Source: Aminobacter phage Erebus
Sequence record: MN734436.1
Direction: 5' to 3' (one strand)
Length of the DNA: 32,000 nt
This document shows, in pieces, positions 1 through 9,460 of the stretch (position 1 is the first letter of the stretch; each line of letters starts with the position of its first letter). The notes under the pieces were generated by a model. That model was not told the DNA's origin and did no database searches. It saw nothing but the letters and a program-made list of their open reading frames with translations. A program made the translations under genes and the position numbers.

Positions 1-51
1 CGACACGTGACGCCCTGCCGGCAGGCCTTGTGCGGCTTTATCACGTTTCAG

Positions 52-966
52 ATGAAGAATTGGATCAGTACGTTGCTTCAATATCTGCGTAAAGTTCGAT
101 TGACGGCATCTGGATCGGGTGGTTCGGCAACCATCAATCCAGGTGGTATCAATTTGCACGACATCAAGATCGAGTTCAGCGTCTCGAAATCTATCAGCTC
201 GACCCAGAACAACGGGTCAATCCGATTGTTCAACCTGAGCGAAAAGACTCGCAACGCGCTTGGCAAGGAACTCGATGACTTGACGCTAGAAGCCGGGTAT
301 CTGCCTCCACAGGGAGGTGGCAATGTCGGTGTGATTTTCAAAGGTCAAATTCGAGATGTCGAGCACACTCGAGATGGCGCAGACATCGTCACTACTTTGT
401 CGTGCGGCGAGGGTGACAAAGCGTTTAGGAATGCCGTCATCTCGAAAACATACCCGACCGGCACCAAGGTCGAAGATGTCATGGAAGACATCTATGCCGA
501 GCTTCAAAAAGAAGGCGTGACGCGCGGGGAATGGAAGTTCCCCGAAGAGATGCCGAAGTTCAAGCGGCCTTACAGTGTCTGCGGATCGTGCAAGCGAGAA
601 GGTGACACGCTTAGCCGGGGAAAGGACTTCTATTGGTCGGTGCAGAATGGGACCATGGAGATCATTCCAGGCGACGGGTACGTCGGTACCATTGTACTGC
701 TTAGTCCACAGACGGGCTTGATTGACACCCCGACCATTACCGACAACGGTGTCAAATTCCGAGCTCTGCTCAATCCTGAAATCCGTCCGAACCGTCGTGT
801 GAAAATCGAGAGCCAGACGCTTGAAATGAACGCCGAGAACGGGGAATATCGCGTCAGTGAATGCACGTATTCAGGCGACAACCGAGATGGCGATATGGTC
901 GTCTCAGGCACCGGGGAATCCCTCTCGGGCGGCAAGGTTGACGAAGGGAAGTGGAAGAAGAAATGA
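52..966 (+). CDS. Phage baseplate hub / tail protein (late-control-D / XkdQ-like)
   Basis: Open frame from 7 (GTG) with an ATG at 52; it may also extend left of the window. Synteny with the downstream Mu-like baseplate genes and a beta-rich hub-like sequence. The stop overlaps the next start (ATGA). Confidence 0.6.
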   Translation: MKNWISTLLQYLRKVRLTASGSGGSATINPGGINLHDIKIEFSVSKSISSTQNNGSIRLFNLSEKTRNALGKELDDLTLEAGYLPPQGGGNVGVIFKGQIRDVEHTRDGADIVTTLSCGEGDKAFRNAVISKTYPTGTKVEDVMEDIYAELQKEGVTRGEWKFPEEMPKFKRPYSVCGSCKREGDTLSRGKDFYWSVQNGTMEIIPGDGYVGTIVLLSPQTGLIDTPTITDNGVKFRALLNPEIRPNRRVKIESQTLEMNAENGEYRVSECTYSGDNRDGDMVVSGTGESLSGGKVDEGKWKKK

Positions 967-1628
967 GCGCTGGGCGGCAGGGCAAGACCACTAACTGGCA
1001 AGATGATGTCTTCGGTACGAAGCAGACCGAAGAGCGGCAATCCCAGTGGGGTGAAATCGACGGCGAGATCGTTTCGTTCGATGCTGCGAAGCAGACAGCG
1101 ACCATCAAGCCGCTTTACACTCCGAAGTTCAACGGCAAGGAACTGCCGATGCCTGAGCTGATGGAAGTGCCCGTGCGCTTCCCGACAGGCGGCAAGGGTG
1201 GTGTAACGTACCCGATTGGCGCCGGTGACAAGGTCGTGCTGCGCCCTAAGATGCGCTCGAGCGAGAATTATCACACGGGCGAGAATGATCAAGCGAGCGA
1301 CGCGAGATCATTCGCTCTATCTGACATGGAAGCCCATCTCGACGGCGGCGAGAGCCTGACTGAGCCGATCCAGAACTTCGATGGCGAGAACGTCCATCTG
1401 CGGTTCAGCGAAGATGGCAGCTTCGGCATGCGGGGATCGAAAGATGGCAAGATCGCAATCGAAGGAGCGGAGGGTAACATCTACACTCTGCTCGCGGAAG
1501 CCATTCGATTGATCGGCAATGACCAGCTACAAATCGCCTACGGTTCATCTCAGGGGACAGGGCATGCACTCAAAAACAAAGCAGCCATTCTGGCGATTGC
1601 TGACAAACTGGATGCCATGGCGCTATGA
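963..1628 (+). CDS. Gp138-like / gpV-like baseplate spike (membrane-puncturing) protein
   Basis: N-terminal 'VMEVPVRFPTGGKGGVTYPIGAGDKVVL'-type OB/spike pattern and position between hub and gp46-like genes. ATG at 963 overlaps the previous TGA; the track start at 951 is less likely. Confidence 0.7.
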   Translation: MSAGRQGKTTNWQDDVFGTKQTEERQSQWGEIDGEIVSFDAAKQTATIKPLYTPKFNGKELPMPELMEVPVRFPTGGKGGVTYPIGAGDKVVLRPKMRSSENYHTGENDQASDARSFALSDMEAHLDGGESLTEPIQNFDGENVHLRFSEDGSFGMRGSKDGKIAIEGAEGNIYTLLAEAIRLIGNDQLQIAYGSSQGTGHALKNKAAILAIADKLDAMAL

Positions 1629-1984
1629 CACATATCGGCCTTGCAATAAACCCAGAGACCAACGACCTTTACCTGGCTGCTGGCGGGGAACTCGCAACCG
1701 TGACCGGGGCAAAAGCCGTCGGTGAGCACGTTCGCCAACGTCTCATGACCTTTGAAGGTGAATGGTTCCTTGACACAACCGCTGGCGTCGTGTGGCTTGA
1801 CAGAATATTCGCTCGCGAATATGACCCAGCATTGGCGGAAGCCGTCGTCAAGGCGGAGATCCTCGACACAGACGGGGTGGTTGAAATCATTTCCTTCTCG
1901 GTCAGTTTCGAACCAACGCTTCGGCGCCTCGACATTCGAGACATTGAAGTCTTGACAACCTATGATGAAGTGGTGGCGGTATGA
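1625..1984 (+). CDS. gp25 / Mu gp46-like baseplate wedge protein
   Basis: Small protein 'GEWFLDTTAGVVWLDRIF...' directly upstream of a baseplate-J-like gene; 4-bp overlaps on both sides. Confidence 0.75.
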   Translation: MTHIGLAINPETNDLYLAAGGELATVTGAKAVGEHVRQRLMTFEGEWFLDTTAGVVWLDRIFAREYDPALAEAVVKAEILDTDGVVEIISFSVSFEPTLRRLDIRDIEVLTTYDEVVAV

Positions 1985-2904
1985 CCTACGGCGTAACGGC
2001 AACCGGGTTTCAGCGAAAGCCGCTTCCCATCATCCTGGCGGAGATCGAGGCTCAGCTAGTTACCGAGTTCGGCCCGGAGGTCGTGCAGACGCCCCAGTCG
2101 CCGCTCGGTCAAGTCAACGGATTGATGACTGACATTATCACTGAGCTTTGGGAGTTCCTGGAAGACGTTTATCAATCGTATGACCCGGATCAGGCCGAAG
2201 GCAACCGGCTCGACATCCTCGCCAAGCTGCGGCTTCTGCAGCGTGCGGGTGGCGAGATGGACGATTCCTTCCGACAGGCGATCACCAACGCCGACCGGGC
2301 ACGTAACGACGTCCAGGATCTGGCACGTGCAGTGCAGGGTGTAAACGGCGTAACGTACTCGCAAGTGTTCGTTAACGACAGCAATGCCACCGACGCCAAC
2401 GGCATGCCCTCCGGCACTGTCGCCGTCGCCGTGCTGGGTGGTGATGACGAAGAAATCGCCTCGCAAATGCGCCGCTTCATCGTGCCCGGCGTCACGACTT
2501 ACGGCAACCTTGAAGTGTCAACCAACGAAGACGGCTATTGCCGTTCGCTGCGCGTCATTCGTCCGATCCTTGTGCCCGTGAAACTGCAGGTTGACGTTCG
2601 CTTAGGCAAGGACTTCCGTGGGTGCCCGCCACCGTCGTCGGCAGCTATTCGGTCGGCGTTGCTGGAAGGCTTCGCGGGTTCGCGAATGCTGCTCAACGGA
2701 GACGACCTCACATACTTCCGCATCCGGTCGGTCATCGAAGCCGCTTACCAGAACGTAGAAGTGGTGCGCTTCGCCGGCGAACGTGACGGACTGCCCCAGT
2801 CGGCCAACGCCCCTGTGGAAATAGCATTCATTGAGATCGCCACGCTCGCCTTAGAGGACGTGACGATTAACGTGCTCGCACCAGAAGAAGGTGGGCTTGG
2901 CTAA
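1981..2904 (+). CDS. Baseplate J-like protein (Mu gp47-like)
   Basis: Motifs 'QSPLGQVNGLMTDIITELWEFLEDVYQSYDPDQAEGNRLDILAKL' typical of baseplate J proteins; synteny. Confidence 0.85.
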   Translation: MTYGVTATGFQRKPLPIILAEIEAQLVTEFGPEVVQTPQSPLGQVNGLMTDIITELWEFLEDVYQSYDPDQAEGNRLDILAKLRLLQRAGGEMDDSFRQAITNADRARNDVQDLARAVQGVNGVTYSQVFVNDSNATDANGMPSGTVAVAVLGGDDEEIASQMRRFIVPGVTTYGNLEVSTNEDGYCRSLRVIRPILVPVKLQVDVRLGKDFRGCPPPSSAAIRSALLEGFAGSRMLLNGDDLTYFRIRSVIEAAYQNVEVVRFAGERDGLPQSANAPVEIAFIEIATLALEDVTINVLAPEEGGLG

Positions 2905-3716
2905 TGGCGGAATGTCCAACCCCGGATGCCCTTGTCGAGCAGCGTATTGACAAGGTTCTCACCCAGTATCGCGAGAGCCCGAAACTTCTGCACTTGCTGC
3001 GCACTTACATGCGGCAAGTGGATGACGTTGTGGCTAAGACCTGCTCGATACCTGAGATGTTTGACTTGGACACCGCGGTCGGCGATCAGCTGACACTGCT
3101 GGGCAAACGTCTGGGTTGGCCTCGTTGCCATTGCGTCTGCACTGTTCAGCCGGTGTTCGGTTTCGATTGTCTATCCAGTGGCGAATACCAGATCACCGGC
3201 TTCTGCGATGACAACGGTACCTGGCTCGACTGCAACCCGTTTGGCACGTCAGAGATTTGCCTCACTGATGACGAAGTGTACCGCAACTTCTTGCGGGTGC
3301 GTCGCTATCAGATGCTGTCTCTTTACGACCTGGAAAGCCTGACTACGACCATTCAAGTTTTCTTCGGTCTGGGCGCAACCGTCATGGACTCCGGCAATGG
3401 GCGCGTCGTCATTGCTCCCGGTCGTGCGCTTACGAATGACGAAACTCTGCTGTTGCAACTTTATCCCCGCGTCTTGCCTGTCGCACCGGGCATTCGAGTT
3501 CGCTTCCATTTCGGCACTGATCCGAAGGTGTTCGGGTTCGGTGACGGTTGGGGTGGCTTCTGCGAATTGACGGAGCCGGACGGCTTGCCTTTGGTGACGG
3601 AAGATGATGATGTCATCACGGTAGAAGGCGGCGTGGAGCTCATGACGGGCCCGCTCACACAAGACGCTCCTTGGATGTGCGAGTTCGACCCGAAACCCTA
3701 CACTTGCGCCACGTAG
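2904..3716 (+). CDS. DUF2612-like tail/baseplate protein (Mu gp48-like position)
   Basis: 'DTAVGDQLTLLGKRLGWPR' pattern and synteny after baseplate J. Confidence 0.65.
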   Translation: MAECPTPDALVEQRIDKVLTQYRESPKLLHLLRTYMRQVDDVVAKTCSIPEMFDLDTAVGDQLTLLGKRLGWPRCHCVCTVQPVFGFDCLSSGEYQITGFCDDNGTWLDCNPFGTSEICLTDDEVYRNFLRVRRYQMLSLYDLESLTTTIQVFFGLGATVMDSGNGRVVIAPGRALTNDETLLLQLYPRVLPVAPGIRVRFHFGTDPKVFGFGDGWGGFCELTEPDGLPLVTEDDDVITVEGGVELMTGPLTQDAPWMCEFDPKPYTCAT

Positions 3717-3731
3717 TAAGGATACCTCCCA

Positions 3732-4685
3732 ATGGCCGATTTTAGCCCGCCCTTCGCCAATTCCGCCGAACGTCGTCTTCCCACCGAGATCGAGCGGGAG
3801 CAGGGCTTCGCTTGCGGCCCAGCTGACCGCACACTATTTGCTGGACTCCAGCACAGGGTCGAGTCCGAGTTGGGCGAGGTCATCGCGTTTGCAGGCCTGT
3901 CGCCTACAGATAGCGACTTCACCCAAGTTCGTCAAGCCATTGTCGCGCTTATCGCAGCAGCAACGGGTGGCGGTGAAACGGAAGATTACCTTCTGCTCAG
4001 CCAGGCGCGCACACGCTTGCCGTTCTTCCCGGACGTTCAGAACACGGATGGCCGCATCTTGATCACTGCGCCGTCCACAGGTACCGTTCGTGTGCCAGGC
4101 GGCGTGACCTTCCTGCACCGCGGCATCTACCCTGTCGTGACAGCGCAGACCGACCTGCTCACCGACATCTCCAAGACGTATCACTTGCGCTGGTCACAGG
4201 CGGGCGGCTTCGTGTTGAAGGATCTGGCAAACGTCGGCTATAACCCGACCGCTGCAGCCGAAAGCCATGCGGCGTTTGACAGCACCTTTGATGACATGCT
4301 GATTGCTCGCATCATAACGAATGCCAGCAACATCGCCACGATTACGAACCTGGCCAACAAGACCGACCTGGCCCTCGCTGAGATCCTGACCGGTACCGAC
4401 CCAGTGCTCGGCAGTCAGAACGGCGCGAACTATCGCGTCCAGAAGACGCTGAACTGGGCACGCAACCCGAAGAACTTCAACCTGTCGATTGCCAAGAGCA
4501 ACGTCAACGAGAACGCGGGTGGCAGTACCGATCAGAATATGTTCGCATATGGCCTGGCACGTTCGCCGGCGACGACGGTCAACGCGCACCCCGTTTCCAT
4601 CCCGCTCACGCGCTACAATCTGGACGTCGTGGTTCAGAACGACGGCGCGTCCGATCTCTACATGCTGTTTAGCGCAAGGGCGTAA
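3732..4685 (+). CDS. Putative tail fibre / receptor-binding region protein
   Basis: 317-aa ORF downstream of the baseplate genes; 'NTDGRILITAPSTGTVRVPGGVTFLHRGIYPV' resembles tail-fibre N-terminal regions; upstream 'aggatacctccc'. Confidence 0.5.
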   Translation: MADFSPPFANSAERRLPTEIEREQGFACGPADRTLFAGLQHRVESELGEVIAFAGLSPTDSDFTQVRQAIVALIAAATGGGETEDYLLLSQARTRLPFFPDVQNTDGRILITAPSTGTVRVPGGVTFLHRGIYPVVTAQTDLLTDISKTYHLRWSQAGGFVLKDLANVGYNPTAAAESHAAFDSTFDDMLIARIITNASNIATITNLANKTDLALAEILTGTDPVLGSQNGANYRVQKTLNWARNPKNFNLSIAKSNVNENAGGSTDQNMFAYGLARSPATTVNAHPVSIPLTRYNLDVVVQNDGASDLYMLFSARA

Positions 4686-4689
4686 TCTG

Positions 4690-5715
4690 ATGGCCGGCAT
4701 TCGTATTGACGCTCTTCCGACGACGGTTCTGCCGACCCTGGAACACGCCTTCCCGGCGATGAAAGATGGGCTGTCTGTCAAGCTGAGCCTGCAGCAGGTC
4801 TTGGAAGTTCTACTTGCAGCTGGGTTGATTGACGCTGACAGCATTCAGACGCTCGCCAATAAGACATTGACGGCACCACTGATCAACAATCCTATGGTAC
4901 GGGGCGGTGCGGCCCCGCTTACCGTTCAGTACTCGGATGATGGCGCGAGCATTGGCCCAATCCTCATCCTGGACCGCGTTTCTGCCACCCCTGCTGCTAG
5001 CGACGTGATCCCGGGCATCTATTTCCGAGGTCGTGACAGCGCGGGCAACACCGCCGACTACTTTCGCATGATGGGGCGTATCCTTGATGCGACCGATGGC
5101 TCGGAAGACGGGCAGCTGGTTCTGCAGGCGCTAATTAACGGGGTAACGACTGGTGTTTGCAACATCGGGGCGGGCGTTCAGCTCGGGGGCGCCACAGGCG
5201 GTGACCCGGGCGTGGGCAAGCTCAATGCCGTTGAAGTGCAGCAGCAGGGCGTCCCACTCCGAGCGAAAGGTTACGGCACCGCGGTCGCAGCCACGGGTTC
5301 CGCAATTGACTTTGTTGGTATCCCGTCGTGGGCTCGAAAGATCATTGTCTTGTTTGACGGCGTGTCGCTCTCAGGGACTGACAGCTTGTTGGTTCAAGCT
5401 GGCGCAGGTGCAATCGAAACAACTGGTTATGCAAGCTGCAGTACAGTCTCCTCCAGCGCTACCACGTCAACAGCTGGGTTCATTATGCGTTCCGCTCTTG
5501 GAACAAAGCAGAACTCAGGCCGCATGACCCTTGAGTCCATGGTCAACGTCAACCGTTGGGTATCCTCTCACTCCATCGGCGACGCCCTCGGCCCAGCAAG
5601 CGCAGCAGGCGGCGGCAATAAGGTTTTCGGTGGAGCCATCGACCGGGTCCGCATCACAGGCACAGGTTCGGACACGCTCGACGCGGGCGTTCTACAAGTC
5701 AGCTGGGAAGGTTGA
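4690..5715 (+). CDS. Putative tail fibre protein
   Basis: In-frame ATG at 4690 'MAGIRIDALPTTVLPTLEHAFPAMKDG'. The supplied 4489 start overlaps the upstream gene by about 200 bp and is probably too long. Fibre-like repeats and 'ANKTLTAPLINNPMV'. Confidence 0.6.
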   Translation: MAGIRIDALPTTVLPTLEHAFPAMKDGLSVKLSLQQVLEVLLAAGLIDADSIQTLANKTLTAPLINNPMVRGGAAPLTVQYSDDGASIGPILILDRVSATPAASDVIPGIYFRGRDSAGNTADYFRMMGRILDATDGSEDGQLVLQALINGVTTGVCNIGAGVQLGGATGGDPGVGKLNAVEVQQQGVPLRAKGYGTAVAATGSAIDFVGIPSWARKIIVLFDGVSLSGTDSLLVQAGAGAIETTGYASCSTVSSSATTSTAGFIMRSALGTKQNSGRMTLESMVNVNRWVSSHSIGDALGPASAAGGGNKVFGGAIDRVRITGTGSDTLDAGVLQVSWEG

Positions 5716-5717
5716 GC

Positions 5718-6062
5718 ATGCGTTACGTCGTCAATCTCGCAACCGGGGAAACTGAAGAGCTTCCCGATCTGCCGGTCGAGCCCGCGCCTCCGCCCTCTGT
5801 GGAGGAATACAAACAAGCCATTGAGCAGCTGCTTGACCTGACAGCACGTGAACGACGTTATGACAGCTCGGTGTCCATTGCGACCTACATTAACAGCACC
5901 AACGCTACTTGGGCGTTCGAAGCCACGGCTTTTGTTGAGTGGCGCGATGATGTTTGGACTTATGCTTACGCAGAACTTGACAAGGTATTGACGGGCCTGC
6001 GCCCGCAACCGACCGTCGCTGAACTTCTCGCTGAGCTTCCCGTAATGCAATGGCCTGAATAA
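5718..6062 (+). CDS. Hypothetical protein, possibly tail-fibre assembly/associated
   Basis: ORF follows the fibre gene closely; ATG at 5718 with GGAAGG upstream; N-terminal 'MRYVVNLATGETEELPDLP'. Confidence 0.5.
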   Translation: MRYVVNLATGETEELPDLPVEPAPPPSVEEYKQAIEQLLDLTARERRYDSSVSIATYINSTNATWAFEATAFVEWRDDVWTYAYAELDKVLTGLRPQPTVAELLAELPVMQWPE

Positions 6063-6087
6063 GCCTCGCCTAGGTTCAGTAGACAAT

Positions 6088-6128
6088 AGCCTCCCCTCCG
6101 TGTAATGACGGTCGGGAGGCTTTTATTT
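6088..6128 (+). terminator. Rho-independent terminator
   Basis: Inverted repeat AGCCTCCC...GGGAGGCT followed by TTTATTTT, just after the last structural gene. Confidence 0.85.
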
Positions 6129-6150
6129 TGTCAAGTGGAAATCGGTAGAA

Positions 6151-6678
6151 ATGATGTATTTTCGTTGGCTACTCCTTGCGCCGATCTCGCTGCTCGTAAA
6201 CATCCTGGTCATGCTCACGTCGCCCGTCTGGGCGCTTTGGGCAGCTGCACTCAAGCTTGAGAAGCTGCCAGGTTGGTTCGCCCTGCTACATACTCACGAC
6301 GACAATATTTACGGCGCGAACCTCACCAAGATCCGAATGCCGGCCCGGTTCATTGATCGGTTCAAGACTGCCGTCTGGTGGCTCTGTCGCAATCCCTCTT
6401 ACGGATTTGACGCAAAGGTTCTGGGGTTCAAACATGTTGCGCTTGTCATCCTCTCGGACTCCAACCCGAAGGCGACTTTTGATCGGCGGGCAAGCGTATC
6501 GCGCAAGATCATCATGCGCGCAGCGAACGGTCGCAAATACTTCACGTATCGAGCGGACATCATTCTACCGTTAGGGTTTTGGGCAAAAATCTTCATCGGT
6601 TGGAACCACAATTCAGTCGACGGGCAGACGCACATGATTAAGATCATGTTCAACCCCTTTCGTCGGTTGCCAAAATGA
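6151..6678 (+). CDS. Membrane-anchored hypothetical protein
   Basis: 175 aa with an N-terminal hydrophobic segment 'WLLLAPISLLVNILVMLTSPVWALWAAA'; ATGA-coupled to the next small ORF. Confidence 0.55.
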   Translation: MMYFRWLLLAPISLLVNILVMLTSPVWALWAAALKLEKLPGWFALLHTHDDNIYGANLTKIRMPARFIDRFKTAVWWLCRNPSYGFDAKVLGFKHVALVILSDSNPKATFDRRASVSRKIIMRAANGRKYFTYRADIILPLGFWAKIFIGWNHNSVDGQTHMIKIMFNPFRRLPK

Positions 6679-6797
6679 GGTTGGCGATCTTCATTCTCGG
6701 GCTCACGTTGGCAGGTTGTGTCAGCACGAACCATGAACCGCGCATCCCGCGCGAAGTACTTTGCGGCATGCTCACCTGTGGAAAGGACACACAATGA
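6675..6797 (+). CDS. Small 40-aa lipoprotein (lysis cassette)
   Basis: Translated by hand: MRLAIFILGLTLAGCVSTNHEPRIPREVLCGMLTCGKDTQ. Signal-like helix plus lipobox L-A-G-C; 4-bp overlaps with both neighbours. Absent from the ORF track. Confidence 0.65.
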   Translation: MRLAIFILGLTLAGCVSTNHEPRIPREVLCGMLTCGKDTQ

Positions 6798-7297
6798 ACG
6801 CCTGGCCTAAGCAGTCCGAGATGGACAAGTTCTACGGCAACCCGCGCGGCACGAATGGCAAAGCCTCGCCGAAGTGGGAAGCTGAGAACATCGTGAAGAT
6901 CCTGGCAAAAGATCTCCCTTTCCTCATCTATTACGATGGCAAGGCTGTGTCGGGCATTCGCGTCCACAGAAAGGTCAAAGATGCTTTCCTGCGCGTTCTC
7001 AATCGCATCTGGGTGGCGTCGGGCAAGAGTCAGGCGAAGGTAGACGAGTGGGGCATGTCTAAGTTCGGCGGCTGCTTCTTGTTCCGCCTCAAGCGCTCGG
7101 GTACGACCCTGTCGACCCATTCCTACGCTTGCGCGTTCGACTTCGACCCGGCGAACAATGGTTTCCGCGATCCGACCCCGCGCTTCGCGAAGTTCCCCGA
7201 AGTGCTTGCTGCCTGGAAGGCGGAAGGCTTCGTCTGGGGCGGCGACTGGAAGGGCAACACCGACGGCATGCATTGGCAGGCTGCAATCGTCGGCTAA
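6794..7297 (+). CDS. Endolysin, D-alanyl-D-alanine carboxypeptidase / peptidase M15 (VanY-like)
   Basis: 'LSTHSYACAFDFDPANN' and 'GFVWGGDWKGNTDGMHWQ' match the zinc-ligand motifs of M15 peptidases (SxHxxGxAxDxD; DxMHWQ). ATG at 6794 preceded by GAAAGG. Confidence 0.85.
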   Translation: MNAWPKQSEMDKFYGNPRGTNGKASPKWEAENIVKILAKDLPFLIYYDGKAVSGIRVHRKVKDAFLRVLNRIWVASGKSQAKVDEWGMSKFGGCFLFRLKRSGTTLSTHSYACAFDFDPANNGFRDPTPRFAKFPEVLAAWKAEGFVWGGDWKGNTDGMHWQAAIVG

Positions 7298-7320
7298 CGT
7301 CACACAAGGGTTGCGCCATC

Positions 7321-7668
7321 ATGAATTTCTGGGAATGGTTCGCATCAGAAAAAGGTGAGCTTCTGACCGCCGCGACGGCGGGCGGGATCGTGTCGGCAGC
7401 GATGGATTGGACGGGCTTCCTCCCAGCCGTTCGAAAGATTGTCGTCGGCACGATCTCGGCTTACTACCTGTCGCCCTTGGCAATCCCTTACGTCGGATGG
7501 GCGCTCGACGGCATTAGCGTACCTCAAGATAAGGCGCTGGGAATGTCCGGTTTTATCATGGGGGTGTTAGGAATCGTCGTAATTGATACAATCATGCGGG
7601 CCGCTCAGATCAAACTGGCGGGCCTCAATAAGGCAACAGAAGCCGACACCGACAGCAATGGAGGTTAA
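7321..7668 (+). CDS. Candidate holin
   Basis: 115 aa with two or three hydrophobic segments next to the endolysin and spanins. ATG at 7321; the longer track start at 7129 overlaps the endolysin. Confidence 0.6.
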   Translation: MNFWEWFASEKGELLTAATAGGIVSAAMDWTGFLPAVRKIVVGTISAYYLSPLAIPYVGWALDGISVPQDKALGMSGFIMGVLGIVVIDTIMRAAQIKLAGLNKATEADTDSNGG

Positions 7669-7673
7669 AGCCT

Positions 7674-7850
7674 ATGAAGCACCTTGAACCGGTAACGATG
7701 ACGCATGCCGTTAAGGAAGCCGCCAAGACGCAATCTTCAACCGTCATGGCGGCAGGCTTGATTCTGCTAGCATACGTCGCCGGGATGACTGTGACTGGGT
7801 ACTGCTCGCAACTACTCGATCCACCTTCCAAGAGTGATATCTTCCGATGA
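7674..7850 (+). CDS. Small 58-aa single-TM protein in lysis cassette
   Basis: Hand translation MKHLEPVTMTHAVKEAAKTQSSTVMAAGLILLAYVAGMTVTGYCSQLLDPPSKSDIFR; GGAGG upstream; 4-bp overlap with the next gene. Below the track size cutoff. Confidence 0.55.
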   Translation: MKHLEPVTMTHAVKEAAKTQSSTVMAAGLILLAYVAGMTVTGYCSQLLDPPSKSDIFR

Positions 7851-8290
7851 CAATAGGTCAGGCCAAATTCGTTTTCACGCTGATTGTCGCTCTCGCTTTT
7901 GCGACTGTCGGGGGTCTGGCATACAAGTACCGAGGCGATGCGGCGGTTGAGCGGGGCCGTCGTGCCGTCGCCGAGATCAACCTCCTCGCCGCGACAAAAG
8001 AGAACACGAAGCTCGCGGATCAAATCGTCGGCATGGAAGAGCAAGCGCGCGTCAACAACGAGATCGTGCTGGACCTGGCCAACAGCGTGGCGGCTTTGCG
8101 CGCCGAACAGAACGAAGCGACCCGGGAACGGGGCAACCTCAAGTCCGAGAACTCTGATGTCAAAGCTTATCTTAACACTTGTGTTCCTGAGCCTCTGCGC
8201 CGGCTGCTCGACAAGCGCATTGGAAATAAAGACGCTACCACTCCAGGTTGCCCCGGACCCGATCCCGTCGAACCTGCTAAAGGATTGTGA
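7847..8290 (+). CDS. Rz: i-spanin (Rz-like)
   Basis: N-terminal TM followed by a charged coiled coil ('FTLIVALAFATVGGLAYKYRGDAAVERGRRAVAEINLLAATKENTKLADQI'); an Rz1-like frame overlaps it. Confidence 0.75.
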   Translation: MTIGQAKFVFTLIVALAFATVGGLAYKYRGDAAVERGRRAVAEINLLAATKENTKLADQIVGMEEQARVNNEIVLDLANSVAALRAEQNEATRERGNLKSENSDVKAYLNTCVPEPLRRLLDKRIGNKDATTPGCPGPDPVEPAKGL

Positions 8291-8435
8291 CGGGATCTTG
8301 CAGCGCCCTGCTGTGACCACCGAAGTCATCATCGACCGCATGGATCACGCCGAAACGGGCCTGCTCAGTTGTGGGGCGCAGGTCAAAGGTATTCAGCGCT
8401 GGGAAGCGCACCGGCAAACGAAAAAGGCCCCGTGA
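8157..8435 (+). CDS. Rz1: o-spanin (Rz1-like lipoprotein)
   Basis: In the 7884..8435 frame, ATG at 8157 gives MSKLILTLVFLSLCAGCSTSALEIKTLPLQVAPDPIPSNLL...; signal peptide and Cys, out of frame over the Rz 3' end. Confidence 0.7.
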   Translation: MSKLILTLVFLSLCAGCSTSALEIKTLPLQVAPDPIPSNLLKDCDGILQRPAVTTEVIIDRMDHAETGLLSCGAQVKGIQRWEAHRQTKKAP

Positions 8436-8445
8436 GGGCCTTTTC
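8421..8445. terminator. Bidirectional terminator between convergent blocks
   Basis: AAAAAGGCCC-cgtga-GGGCCTTTT at the convergent junction of the plus lysis genes and the minus block. Confidence 0.85.
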
Positions 8446-8513
8446 CATGTTCGCCTTGCCGATCCCTCACGTCGAGGCCGCAACGCCCGCCCACGCATGG
8501 GAAACGGCAGACG

Positions 8514-8834
8514 TTAGCGGGGCGCGCCCATAATGCGCAGCTCGGCGAGCTTGGCGATCAAGGTCGGTTCATCGTAGAGCGAGATCGCTTGCTGGAGGTA
8601 GGTCGGCGCTGGCGTCTGGACATCCTGGTTGGGACGGTCGGGGAATGCGAGCGCTTGCAGCAAGCACGCCATGTCACGGATGCGGTAATCGTCGCCCGCA
8701 CGGCGCAGATTCGCGGTGTAACGCCGTGCATCAGCAGATGTTAGGCGCGAGTAACGGTCGGCTGTTGGTTCGAGCTCGGGAACTTCTGGGCCAAGTTTCG
8801 CAAAGGGCATGCGGGCCTCCTGTGGACGTGACAT
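8514..8834 (-). CDS. Hypothetical protein
   Basis: 106-aa ORF in the minus block; no family recognised. Confidence 0.45.
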   Translation of the reverse strand: MSRPQEARMPFAKLGPEVPELEPTADRYSRLTSADARRYTANLRRAGDDYRIRDMACLLQALAFPDRPNQDVQTPAPTYLQQAISLYDEPTLIAKLAELRIMGAPR

Positions 8835-8870
8835 GGGGCAGCATTCGCGCTGCCCCGGTTCAAGTTACGC

Positions 8871-9383
8871 TCAACCCTTGCGCTTGGCAAACCAGCGCTG
8901 GTACTGGGTGCGGGCTGTCGAGTAGTTCACGCCCTGCTCAACCAGCGCCTGGACGGCGGCTTTGCGGGCCATGTCGGGGTGCGCGTCCAAGAAGGCGTGG
9001 ACGAAGTCAACCGGCTTCATGATGCGCGAACGGTCGTAGTTGGCGAAGTCCTTGTATGCGGGGATCTTCGCGCTGCCGGTGACAACTGCGTCTTCCGCAC
9101 CCGGGAGCTTTGCGGCCTCTTCTTCGGTCAGCTCGGATTCGCGAACCATTTCGCCGTCCTCGGTGATCACCAGTGCGTCAGGTTCATCGTTTTCGACTTC
9201 TTCGGTCGACGGGCGACCTTCCTGGGTGGCGAGCTCTTCGGTCGAAGCTTCGAACTCGGACACAGCTTGATAGGCCTCCAGCATCGGCTGATGGCGAGCG
9301 TTGCGCCAATCGGCGAACGGGGCCTTGCCCTCGGCGACGCGGTAGGCGTTGAGATGAGCAAGTTTTTCTGCGGTGGTGGTCAT
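8871..9383 (-). CDS. Acidic protein with C-terminal 'TxxTQYxRW' module
   Basis: Start M-TTTAEKL at 9383 preceded by GAAGGAACCCC. The C-terminus resembles the module in two other proteins (see findings). Confidence 0.65.
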   Translation of the reverse strand: MTTTAEKLAHLNAYRVAEGKAPFADWRNARHQPMLEAYQAVSEFEASTEELATQEGRPSTEEVENDEPDALVITEDGEMVRESELTEEEAAKLPGAEDAVVTGSAKIPAYKDFANYDRSRIMKPVDFVHAFLDAHPDMARKAAVQALVEQGVNYSTARTQYQRWFAKRKG

Positions 9384-9417
9384 TGTCGGGGTTCCTTCGT
9401 TTGCGTTGCGATGATTT

Positions 9418-9446
9418 GTTATCGCATCTAAACTCAGATCACGCAA
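9418..9446 (-). promoter_or_regulatory. Phage promoter motif TTGCGT-N17-GATAAC (extended TGC)
   Basis: -35 at 9441-9446, -10 at 9418-9423, preceded by TGC; upstream of the 9383 start. Confidence 0.6.
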
Positions 9447-9460
9447 CCGAAAAAGATCAC

